NCBI GenBank assembly: GCA_963733095.1
Contig: CAVTBV010000013.1
Span: 32,001-96,000, forward strand
DNA length: 64,000 bases
Reading direction: 5' to 3'
Origin: Candidatus Bathyarchaeota archaeon
GTDB taxonomy: Archaea; Thermoproteota; Bathyarchaeia; Bathyarchaeales; Bathycorpusculaceae
Part shown: piece by piece, positions 41,771-50,804 of the stretch
How positions within the stretch are numbered: position 1 is the first letter of the stretch
Layout of the letters: every line of letters starts with the position of its first letter
Position numbers and translations under genes: made by a program
Notes under the pieces: generated by a model
Told to the model about the DNA's origin: nothing
The model's database searches: none
What the model saw: the letters and a program-made list of their open reading frames with translations, nothing else

Positions 41771-41840
41771 TGCCGCGGGATGTTTAGATTTACACCCACG
41801 TTCAAATTCCCCACGAAGAAACAAGAAAAGGGTAGTAGAA
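41771..41840 (-). repeat. Degenerate tRNA-Ser 3'-end att-like copy plus flank shared with the 53077 copy
   Basis: TGCCGCGGGATGTTTAGATTTACACCCACGTTCAAATTCCCCACG nearly matches 53077-53120. Confidence 0.75.
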
Positions 41841-41993
41841 CTTCCCTCTCCAAACTCAGACGAGATCAAACCCTATAACGCTAAATGGGGGAAACTAACA
41901 CAAATTTACCTGATAAAAAGATATCAAGGTAGGAACGAACCTAACTTACCCGCGGGTGGGTATGCTTGTGCTACAGTTTCAAGGTAAGTAGCC

Positions 41994-42764
41994 TCAATCA
42001 ATCTGAATGCCTGGATACCATTTTCTTGCTGTTTCCCAATAATATGTAAAGAGGTCCCGGCATAATTTGAGGAACTTCTCGTCTTTCCCAAAAAAACCAA
42101 TGTAATCCAGACCGCCGTTATGCGTGCGAAGAACAATATTAGCTTCTTTTTCACTGATTAACAGTGCAACAGGGACTTGTTCTATATACCTACTGCCCAC
42201 CAAAAGCTCTTCCTTGCTGTTTTTAAATTTTTTTGCTAGGGCTTTTGGCATAATGAACTTGAAGTCAAGACCCTTAGATACTTTTTCTTTTGTTGGTTGA
42301 ACGTGACTTGATTCAACCGTTTCACCCATGGCATAAATGAATTTTTCTGCGTCATAAACGATTTTTCGAACCCCGTTTAGGGTGGCTAAAGTGTCTCCAC
42401 AAAACTCTCCACCCGACAACTCACCAAGCCTGTTAACGAACTCATATGGAAGGGCGGAAACATTGTGTTCCAAGAAGTAATCTCCATTTTTCAAAATGAA
42501 ATTGAAACTTGACAGAAGACCCGTCGCCAAACTGCCCAAAGACGTTATTGCGTAGGTGCCGTCAACTTTTTTCTCCACCAACTTGGCTTCACTTAGCCTT
42601 TGCAGGTGCCTGAATGTCTCAGTTACTGTCATGTCAAGTGATTTGGATATTTGCTGCATCTTGAAACCTTGTTTTTCCACCTCAAAAAGTATGCTTGCCC
42701 TTCGGTTGCTGGCAAGCTCAAAAAGAACCTTGGAGATTTCCGATTCTTCTTCGCTCTTGGACAT
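41994..42764 (-). CDS. Winged-HTH regulator (COG4742/DUF1724-like), module 1
   Basis: LFELAS..R..IL, M......LD.T.TE.FR.L.RL, YFL.H....LP..FVNR.GEL, DLF.YYW. Confidence 0.82.
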   Translation of the reverse strand: MSKSEEESEISKVLFELASNRRASILFEVEKQGFKMQQISKSLDMTVTETFRHLQRLSEAKLVEKKVDGTYAITSLGSLATGLLSSFNFILKNGDYFLEHNVSALPYEFVNRLGELSGGEFCGDTLATLNGVRKIVYDAEKFIYAMGETVESSHVQPTKEKVSKGLDFKFIMPKALAKKFKNSKEELLVGSRYIEQVPVALLISEKEANIVLRTHNGGLDYIGFFGKDEKFLKLCRDLFTYYWETARKWYPGIQID

Positions 42765-42857
42765 GCTTATTTTTTCGCATCCTTGCAAACTTATTCGTAT
42801 TAACGTCAAATAAATCTTATCACAAAAGTTCGCTATCATTAATTCTGAGGAACAAAC

Positions 42858-43121
42858 ATGAACAACAAAGAAAGCGAAAATGATGAACGCGACTTCTCCA
42901 TCGAACTCGCCTCAAACAGGTATCTGATGCGGTTCTCAACCTCCTCAAACGGCGGTGCCTGCGGCGTCTTAATAGAAGGAACGCTTGGAAGACTTCGACA
43001 TGCCCTCTTTGTGGAACCTCAAATACTGGAAGTTAAGGGCAGCTGCGGAGTTCTCAGATTAAACTTGACATTTAACGAAGTTAAAGATCCAGTTAAAAAA
43101 ACTGGAGGTGAAGAACTATGA
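42858..43121 (+). CDS. Small beta-rich hypothetical protein, module 1
   Basis: FSIEL.S..VLIEGTLG.L....F.E..ILEV.G..GVLR; paralog at 50438-50695. Confidence 0.75.
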   Translation: MNNKESENDERDFSIELASNRYLMRFSTSSNGGACGVLIEGTLGRLRHALFVEPQILEVKGSCGVLRLNLTFNEVKDPVKKTGGEEL

Positions 43122-43351
43122 AGTTAAAAGAAAAAGTCATGTTCACCGTATTTGGAGTATTGATTTTCTTCATATCAGGCGGTGTTGCTTGCACATACGG
43201 TAGTACAGGCGCCGTTAACCCAGTCTTGGCAGTCACGCTAGGCGTTTTGGTTTTCTTCATTGCAGGTGCAGCCGCATGCACATACAGCAACAATAGAATT
43301 GCCCAACAGAAAATAAACCAAACCGTGCCTAAAGCAAGCGCTGAGGCATGA
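43118..43351 (+). CDS. 2-TM miniprotein with duplicated ACTY motif
   Basis: GVLIFFISGGVACTY / GVLVFFIAGAAACTY; GGAGGTGA SD, ATGA overlap. Confidence 0.7.
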   Translation: MKLKEKVMFTVFGVLIFFISGGVACTYGSTGAVNPVLAVTLGVLVFFIAGAAACTYSNNRIAQQKINQTVPKASAEA

Positions 43352-43369
43352 AAGGAGCCGACTTGTAAT

Positions 43370-43902
43370 TACTGAGATCAAAAGTCCTCCAAAGCTTTCT
43401 CTTTTTCTGTCGTAGCTGCAGTTTTGATTTTAAGTAATGCAGTACTCCTTGGCGTTGTAGCAGGGTGGTTTATTGGAATAATCCCTACCCTTCCAGGGTC
43501 CGCTGGTAATGATCCGGTGGTTCTGTACTGTCTTTCAGTTGCGGGGTCGGTGTTTGGGGTTCTGGTTTTACTTGGATGGAAAAAGAAGTACTTCTTAAGG
43601 GGTATCAGAGTTTTGATACCTTTAGATCAGTCATTAAGACTATAGCTGGAGACACTATAAAGGAAGTAATTCCACACAAGTCAGAAGAAAATGTCTTGGA
43701 GTTCATAAGAAAACATGGACAAGTTGCACCAGTTGAAATTCAGGTCTCTTTTGACTATTCAAATAAGGAAGTTCAGTCTATTATTGAAAGTTTAAACGCA
43801 AGGAATCTAATTCAAGTCATTCCGGCAGGAAATGGATCTCTAATAAAACTTTCAAAGGAACCTTCTTCTTGTGATTCAAATTCTGGTGTTTGCAGCATTT
43901 AA
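43370..43902 (+). pseudogene. Chimeric remnant: N-part of a membrane protein joined to a DsbA/YjbH-like C-terminal fragment
   Basis: Membrane frame (..IIPTLPGSAGNDP..) switches near 43575 to EKEVLLKGYQSFDTF...VLEFIRKHG.VAPVEI; neither part looks complete. Confidence 0.5.
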
Positions 43903-43970
43903 GAGTCGTGTAGCTTACTTTGAGCAAAACCTGACAAAGACAAACTTGAAAGACTTGGAATTTATGAAGT

Positions 43971-44050
43971 CAATTTAAGCTTAATTATTGAAAATATCTT
44001 CAAAAATAGGATTAAAATGAAAATAATGGCGCGGATTGTGAGAATTGAAC
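43971..44050 (-). repeat. Degenerate att core (21/24 match) plus left flank shared with 53024-53063
   Basis: TGGCGCGGATTGTGAGAATTGAAC at 44027-44050; flank 34/40 identical to 53024-53063. Confidence 0.75.
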
Positions 44051-44735
44051 ACCTTGTTTTTCCGCGGGTTATTTAATTTTTCCATGGTCGGTTATTATTT
44101 GACATGTGTGGTAGCCCGGAAGTTACCCTTCCCAGACTCGAATTTATTTCGAAAAATCCCTTTTTTATCTTATTGAAATCTACTATTAAAAAAGGTCACA
44201 ATTAAAACTAGAGTTAGGAATTGGAGTTGAACCCATATATGTTGGCGACATCGCCAATTCTGCTTCTCCTAAGCAGCTACTTTCTCTTTTTTTAACAATT
44301 CCTTCTATTCATTGGCGGGTATGGCAGGTTATCGCTCATGAACACAGGTCATTTGTACTTTTTCCCCTTTTTAGTATAAAAAAAAGTTTTTCGTGGAACT
44401 ACTATGAACTCCTGGCGTTATGCGATTTTAGTTTTCATTTAAGGCGTTCAAACTGGGCTGTGTAGGCTTCTTGTTAACGTTTACGATATTTGCATTATCG
44501 TAATGATTTTTTTCTCCTTAAGAATCTTTCCAGAAGCCTCAACAAACCATTGGAAGCAAAAATCTTTTCCGGTCAGATATATGACTGATTCGCGTTTCTC
44601 GCTTCATTTGATTTCCGCATTATTTATTTCGCTTTTAATTGGTAAGTACTGTCCTCTTTTTGAGACTCGCTACAAATAAGCAAAGCTTATTAGCCGGGTA
44701 TTAAACGCTTTTGTACCCAAAAGGAGAGAAGAAAA

Positions 44736-47435
44736 ATGCAATTTAAAACAAAAACAACTATTTTGATCGCAACATTTCTGATATTGACAATGGCTATACC
44801 TGCCATAATTCATCCTGCTAACGCACAGACTTCTAGCCAAATGAAATCATACGCTTTCATGGCGGTTGAGCCAAACCCAGTTGGTGTAGGTCAAACCACC
44901 TACATCGCAATGTGGGTTGACGTTCCACTACCTGGAGCATCAGAAGCCAACGATATCCGAAAGCATAACTATCTACTCACTATTACTGCACCCGACGGTA
45001 CTACACAAACACAAACTTGGGCTGTAGTTGCAGACACAACCGGTGCTCAATCAACATCCTTCACACCTACCCAAGTAGGAACCTACAAATTCGCCTTTAG
45101 CTACCCCAACCAAAATTACACATGGACCTCAGCAACTTACTTAGGTAACAACGCCTACACTGGCGTCATATTCTTAGGTGCCAATGCAACCGCAACCCTA
45201 ACAGTCCAAGAAAATCCAGTACCTCAAACACCAAATTCACCTCTGCCAAGTGAATACTGGACAAGACCAATTTACGGAGAAGATTTCAACTGGTACACTA
45301 TAGGATCACAATGGCTTGGAAGTGGTAGTTCCTATACTGCTGCCAGTAGCAACTACTTCGGCTCCTTCCAGCAAGGTGGTATGAACTTATGGCAACAAGG
45401 TGGAACAGGACCAGAAAGTTCACACGTTGTCTGGACAGCTCCATTTGAAGATGGAGGAGTCGTCGGCGGAATAAACACAGGTATCACTGGCGCAACCTTC
45501 TATTCAGGCGGTTCTTACGAAGGCAGATTCCAAAACGCATTGATTATAGACGGTAGACTCTACTACAAAGCACCATTAGGTGACCAAGTCAGCACAACTG
45601 CTACCGGCGCAGGGACCTATACATGCAGAGACTTACGTACAGGCGAAGTCCTTTGGACTAACGACAACATCAACCCAACATTCGGCGAACTATATGACTA
45701 CGAATCTCCAAACCAGCATGGAGTAGTTCCAAATGGCTACCTATGGCAAGCAGTAAGCCAATCATCTACAACACAGACATGGATAGCTTATGACTCATTA
45801 ACTGGCAAATGGTTATTCAATATTACCGATGTACCATCAACAGGCACAATCGCATATACCAGCCAAGGTGAAATCGTCAAATACATTCTAAGTTACAACA
45901 ACGCTGCAAAATCAGGTTGGCTAGCACTCTGGAACTGGACAAGTGCAAACGGAGTTCCTGCAAGTTCTACAACTGCTAATGGGGTACAATTAAATGGACC
46001 CGGATCAGGTACTAACTATCTACAGTTCAGACCAGTCGGCAGAATCATAAACGCAAGCACAGCATACTCATGGAACGTCACAATCGGCGACATAATGGGT
46101 CCATCAAACTCACAACTCGTTCCAGGCACTACAACAACGCAAAACCCAACAATACAGTATGTACTTCCAGGCGATTTACTATTTGGCACAACACCAAACA
46201 TTGCACCAGGTGTTCTATCAATAAGAGGCACCCCTAACCCATACACAGTTTGGACAATTAGCTTAGCAGACAGCGACAAAGGCACAATCATGTGGAAGAA
46301 AACATACGATGCACCAACAGGCAATATGACGCTCAATCTTGGCCCAATAGACCCAGTGAACCGCGTCTGGACCACGACTACCGCTGAAGACATGCAATAC
46401 CAAGGCTATAGTCTGGCTGACGGAAGTAAACTGTGGTCAACTAATACCGATGTACGCGCATTCCAATGGTTCAGCAGCGGCTCAGGCGCAGGCCAAAGAT
46501 GTGTAACTGCATACGGAAACATCTATACCCAAGGCTTCGGCGGCGAAATGTTTGCCTATGCAGCAAACAACGGCACTCTACTGTGGAAATTCAATGACAC
46601 AGCCAGCGGCATGGACACCCCTTGGGGTAACGTACCAATATTCATCGCTGCAATTGCAGACGGCAAAGTCTATGCATTCAACAACGAACACTCACCTAAC
46701 TCACCACTATACAAAGGATACAGCATCTACAGTCTAAACGCTACCACAGGCGAGGAAATCTACAAGATGCTCAGCTGGGCAGGACAAACCGGCGGACAAG
46801 GCTTAAGCACCTCTGTTCTAGCAGACGGCACACTAGTTTACTACAACTACTATGACAACTCACTCTATGCAATCGCTAAAGGTCCAAGTCAAACCACCGT
46901 AACCGCTTCACCGAAAGTCTCAACAAACGGTGACAAAGTCCTGGTAGAAGGCACAGTCACCGACATATCAGCAGGTACAAAACAAAACGAGCAAGCGGCA
47001 AGATTCCCTGCAGGCGTTCCAGCAGTCTCTGATGCAAGCCAAGCAGCATGGATGGAATACGTTTACATGAAACAAGAACGGCCAACCAATGCGACAGGCG
47101 TTCCAGTAACCTTAAGCGTACTCGACCCCAACGGCAACTACTACACTGTCGGCACAACCACAAGCGATTCAATGGGCAACTTCAAGCTGGCATTCACTCC
47201 ACAGGTACCGGGCGAATACAATATCTACGCAAACTTTGCAGGTTCTGGTGCATACTATGGTTCAGGCGCTGAAACCGCAATCGTCGTCGACAATACTGCA
47301 GCATCACCCACACCAGTCGCAACACAAGCACCATCAATGGCTGACCTATACTTTGTCCCAGGCATAATCGGCGTTATCATTGCGATAATCGTCGTTGGTG
47401 CGGTTCTACTCTTAGCTCTTAGAAAGCGTCCATAA
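44736..47435 (+). CDS. Large secreted PQQ-like beta-propeller surface protein with C-terminal TM anchor
   Basis: Signal peptide, PNPVGVGQ, PLP.EYWTRPI, DLRTGE.LW, IADGKVY....EHS, VTDISAGT.Q...ARFP.GVPAVSD, TM+RKRP. Confidence 0.85.
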   Translation: MQFKTKTTILIATFLILTMAIPAIIHPANAQTSSQMKSYAFMAVEPNPVGVGQTTYIAMWVDVPLPGASEANDIRKHNYLLTITAPDGTTQTQTWAVVADTTGAQSTSFTPTQVGTYKFAFSYPNQNYTWTSATYLGNNAYTGVIFLGANATATLTVQENPVPQTPNSPLPSEYWTRPIYGEDFNWYTIGSQWLGSGSSYTAASSNYFGSFQQGGMNLWQQGGTGPESSHVVWTAPFEDGGVVGGINTGITGATFYSGGSYEGRFQNALIIDGRLYYKAPLGDQVSTTATGAGTYTCRDLRTGEVLWTNDNINPTFGELYDYESPNQHGVVPNGYLWQAVSQSSTTQTWIAYDSLTGKWLFNITDVPSTGTIAYTSQGEIVKYILSYNNAAKSGWLALWNWTSANGVPASSTTANGVQLNGPGSGTNYLQFRPVGRIINASTAYSWNVTIGDIMGPSNSQLVPGTTTTQNPTIQYVLPGDLLFGTTPNIAPGVLSIRGTPNPYTVWTISLADSDKGTIMWKKTYDAPTGNMTLNLGPIDPVNRVWTTTTAEDMQYQGYSLADGSKLWSTNTDVRAFQWFSSGSGAGQRCVTAYGNIYTQGFGGEMFAYAANNGTLLWKFNDTASGMDTPWGNVPIFIAAIADGKVYAFNNEHSPNSPLYKGYSIYSLNATTGEEIYKMLSWAGQTGGQGLSTSVLADGTLVYYNYYDNSLYAIAKGPSQTTVTASPKVSTNGDKVLVEGTVTDISAGTKQNEQAARFPAGVPAVSDASQAAWMEYVYMKQERPTNATGVPVTLSVLDPNGNYYTVGTTTSDSMGNFKLAFTPQVPGEYNIYANFAGSGAYYGSGAETAIVVDNTAASPTPVATQAPSMADLYFVPGIIGVIIAIIVVGAVLLLALRKRP

Positions 47436-47447
47436 ATGAAAATCAAT

Positions 47448-47472
47448 GGGAAATATTTTCCCTCCCTTTTTT
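47448..47472 (+). terminator. Hairpin plus T-tract after the surface protein gene
   Basis: GGGAAA-TAT-TTTCCC then TCCC-TTTTTT, 13 nt after the stop. Confidence 0.5.
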
Positions 47473-47783
47473 AGTCTTAGTCTAAGCGTTTTAAATGGGC
47501 TCAGAGTGCTTCTGGAATAAATTTACGAAGTTCTTCCATCAAGGTACAATCGTAAAGTACGGTTTGGGTTCCACCCAAAGATTCCATAAAAAAATTACAG
47601 CTTTTGAACCTTAGAAAACAGCAGACAACTATATAGGATTCGGTCGTGGAGCTGGGGATGGATGGGAGTTGCATCCCTTTCAGTTGGAGACGTCTCCCTC
47701 AAGACTCCCATTTTTGTTAATTCAAGAGAAAAGAGAGATGGTAGAACAATCCAGTTTTTCTGATTGGAATAGCAATTAAGTTT

Positions 47784-48074
47784 TTATTTGCTGTAATCCT
47801 TTATCGGTGCAAGTGGTATGGTGGAAGTTTCAGTAACGCCTTCTATTAACCGAATCTTGTCTGCCACAAAATCTAAGGCGTTCGTGTTGGTGTCTGCTTG
47901 AAATAGAAGAGCGAAATCCCATTGTCCAAAAGCTCGGTATGCTTCCTCCAGCTTCACGCCTTCCACAGGTTTTTCGGTGAATTCCATTAATGGTTCATAA
48001 ACTTTTGCAGTCATATTAGGACTTAGTTTAATCATCAACAGATATTTCTGAACTGTTTTTTCCGTTTTAATCAC
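47784..48074 (-). CDS. GYD/Lrp-AsnC ligand-binding-like small protein
   Basis: YL.L.K, Y..FGQWDF, I..IEGV.ETST. Confidence 0.7.
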   Translation of the reverse strand: MIKTEKTVQKYLLMIKLSPNMTAKVYEPLMEFTEKPVEGVKLEEAYRAFGQWDFALLFQADTNTNALDFVADKIRLIEGVTETSTIPLAPIKDYSK

Positions 48075-48564
48075 CTTACGAAAACTTGAAGGTGTTTGAA
48101 TCTAAAAAATGTGTTGCTTAGCAGTTTAAAGTGAGAAAATCTGCCTCAAAACCCCTTTTTTAGTAGTTCTGTCACTTTGGATAATTAGAAATAAAGAGAC
48201 TTTTCACACAATCTGATTTGGGTTCAAATCCCCGGGGTCTTTACAGGTACTGATTTAACTGTAAATAGCAAATCTTAAGTGCAAATTCCAATAAACTTCT
48301 GTAAGCGGCGAGTTACATACAACATTTTTCATTGAGAATAGTAAGGATGAAATCTTTTTAAATCAGATTATATTAACTTAATAAAGAATCAAAAAGTTAT
48401 GTCTCATAATACGGGAAAAGAAGAACTTGTTAATACCCCTGCTGGACCAAGACCAAAAAATTCTGTGCACGCGATAAAACCTGGCGGAGTTATCCTAGAA
48501 GAGAAAGGCAGAATAAGTATCCAAGTCTGTAAAACCATAAAAAATCTCCAAGGCGAGCATAACG

Positions 48565-48921
48565 TTGACTTATCGTAAGATCAAAAGATGTGACTGGACA
48601 AAATCATTAACTTTCATAGGAATCTATGTAGCAGTCATTTCAATTACCGCTTTTATTCTGCTTGTCACATACTGGTATCTCTGGATAGTATTGGTAGTGG
48701 GCGGATTGTTTATCCTTGTCTTGTGGCACAAAAAATCCACTGCATATCACTGCCCAATATGCGGCAACGAATTCGAAATATCCTTCTTAACCGACTTCTT
48801 TAGCCCCCACGGAGTAACCAAAAACGGGGGCGGTTGGACCTACCTAAAATGTCCCAAATGCTCTAACAGAACAAAAATGGAAATACTTGTAAAGACAAAA
48901 AAACAAATAAAAACTAATTGA
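48565..48921 (+). CDS. 2-TM plus Zn-ribbon hypothetical protein
   Basis: Two TM, YHCPICGNEFEIS...SPHG...YLKCPKC. Confidence 0.7.
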   Translation: MTYRKIKRCDWTKSLTFIGIYVAVISITAFILLVTYWYLWIVLVVGGLFILVLWHKKSTAYHCPICGNEFEISFLTDFFSPHGVTKNGGGWTYLKCPKCSNRTKMEILVKTKKQIKTN

Positions 48922-49073
48922 AACAGAAGAATGGAAGCAGGCCAACGCAGAGGCAAAAAATTAAACGCTTAATCCAATTAGGCAAAAAACACGAGAAAAA
49001 ATAAATAGGATTGGGCTCAAATAAAAAAATTGGTTTGCGAGTAAAATCACGCGCGATAACCGGAAGACCGAAA

Positions 49074-49985
49074 ATGTCCTTTAGATTCAATATTAAACAG
49101 AACATTTACACAATAGGCAAAGTAAAGGTAGGCGGCCAGCCGGGGGAGCTTCCCACTTTTCTGATAGGCTCATTATTTTGGCTAGGTCAGAAAATCGTTC
49201 AAGACGCAAACAAAGGCCTTTTTGATGAACAGCAAGCAGAAAAAATAATCAACACCATGCAAACGCAAAGCGACATAACAGGCATAAAATTTGGCTTTGA
49301 CATAGTTGGAACAACCGAGATTGCCTTTGAGAAATACATAGACTTTGTAGCAAAACATACTGACGCCCCGTTGGTATTAGACGCGATGAGTCCTAAAGCT
49401 CGTATGGCAGCATCGAGCATGGTTAAAAAAATGGGGCTTGCAGACAAGTGCATATACGACTCAGTCTACAAGGGCGTTACAGAATCAGAAATTGCAAAGT
49501 TGAAGGAAAGTGGAATAGAGGCAGCAATTGTTTTAGCAGATAACCAAAAAGACAACAGCTTGGACGGAAAAATGGCTATAGTGCAGGAGGCGCTTGCATT
49601 AGCCAAAAGAGCCGGGATCACAAAACCGCTTATAGATACAGCTATTCCAGCATTTGCACCAGATATGGGTACATCAGTTAGAGCCATACCTGCCATGAAA
49701 GAGAAGTATGGTCATCCTGTAGGCTTGGGTAGCGGGAACGTTGTTACAACCATGGGTTGGGTAAAAGCCAACGTTGCTAAAGAATTTCGTAAGGGATGTG
49801 TAACCGCAACCAACTCGATAATGCAAACGGCAGGCGCTAACTATTTAATGTTCGGACCAGCTGAACAAGCTGAATGGGTATTCCCAGCCGTCGCAGTAAC
49901 TGTCACATACATTGCTTCAGCAGCAGCCGACCTTGGAACAAGACCCCTCGAAGAGTCTCATCCAATCTACAAAGCCTTCCTTTAA
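49074..49985 (+). CDS. mtrH: Stand-alone MtrH-family pterin-dependent methyltransferase
   Basis: F...Q....IG.VK.GGQPGELPT.L.GS.F...KIV.D..KG.FD, KPLIDTA, G.PVG.G..N, GA..L.FGP. Confidence 0.82.
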   Translation: MSFRFNIKQNIYTIGKVKVGGQPGELPTFLIGSLFWLGQKIVQDANKGLFDEQQAEKIINTMQTQSDITGIKFGFDIVGTTEIAFEKYIDFVAKHTDAPLVLDAMSPKARMAASSMVKKMGLADKCIYDSVYKGVTESEIAKLKESGIEAAIVLADNQKDNSLDGKMAIVQEALALAKRAGITKPLIDTAIPAFAPDMGTSVRAIPAMKEKYGHPVGLGSGNVVTTMGWVKANVAKEFRKGCVTATNSIMQTAGANYLMFGPAEQAEWVFPAVAVTVTYIASAAADLGTRPLEESHPIYKAFL

Positions 49986-50228
49986 ATTGCATAGCATCGC
50001 CCTCTTTTAGTTCTGTCTGAACACGACAAATTAGATGTATCCAAAAGCGCGCCTGATTGGTTCTCAATGACACGAGACCCAGTTTCTAGTTATAAACTTT
50101 TCAATTTAGGGACAAGCCAGCGCGGCGTTTCAAGGTTTGGTCAGGAAATCCATTTCTACGTCGCTCATGAACAAAGAAAAGCGAACATTGTAGCGGTCAA
50201 CGCTTTCAGTCGGTAATTCTGCTTTTGG

Positions 50229-50441
50229 TTATCCCGTCAACAATGCCTTTGAAACGAAGATAACGATTACGTCTGCGACTACCAAGATTCCAGTGCTTAT
50301 GGGCGTGAAGGTGCAGGTTGCTCTGTACCCTAATAGGCATGGTTTACTTGCTTGAGCGTTGGGTATAACTGTCTTAGCTGCCGCAACCGTCAGTGCAAGA
50401 ATGACTAATGCAAAAACTGCGATGAGTGTTGTTGCATTTAT
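50229..50441 (-). CDS. 70-aa 2-TM Cys-loop miniprotein, module 2 (ATA at expected start; absent from ORF track)
   Basis: INATTLIAVFALVILALTVAAAKTVIPNAQASKPCLLGYRATCTFTPISTGILVV..; overlaps upstream stop as ATAA. Confidence 0.6.
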   Translation of the reverse strand: MNATTLIAVFALVILALTVAAAKTVIPNAQASKPCLLGYRATCTFTPISTGILVVADVIVIFVSKALLTG

Positions 50442-50695
50442 TTCACCCCTTTAATCTCTTTCGGCAGTGCCATCTTGAACTCCTGTGGGCTGACGTCTAC
50501 ACGCAAAACGCCGTTGCTACCAACTATCTCCACGATTATCGCTTCAGCAAAATTCACTCGTTCCAAATCGCCTAAGACGCCGTCGATAAGAACGTTCTGA
50601 GATAAGTCATTGGTCAACGTTAGATTTTTGAGGTTAGCTTTTGATCTGAGTTCGATTGAGAAAGAACATGTTTTGTTTCTGGTTTCTTTTTCCAT
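50438..50695 (-). CDS. Small beta-rich hypothetical protein, module 2
   Basis: FSIELRSK..VLIDGVLG.L....FAE.IIVEIVG..GVLRVD; paralog of 42858-43121. Confidence 0.75.
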   Translation of the reverse strand: MEKETRNKTCSFSIELRSKANLKNLTLTNDLSQNVLIDGVLGDLERVNFAEAIIVEIVGSNGVLRVDVSPQEFKMALPKEIKGVK

Positions 50696-50804
50696 CTTTT
50701 GGTGCCTCAATAGCAGTAGAGGTAACGGAATGTGATTAGTTTTATTTGCTAAGCATGTGTAATATTTCACATTGAATCCAAATTCTTAACAAGAGTGGTT
50801 CGAA

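Noticed and set aside
48220-48232. GGGTTCAAATCCC T-arm-like motif
   Set aside because: Isolated 13-mer, opposite orientation to the att series, no acceptor stem
48399-48578. 59-aa ORF (MSHNTGKEELVNTPAGPRPKNSVHAIKPGG..)
   Set aside because: Possibly a gene fragment, but no family can be assigned with confidence
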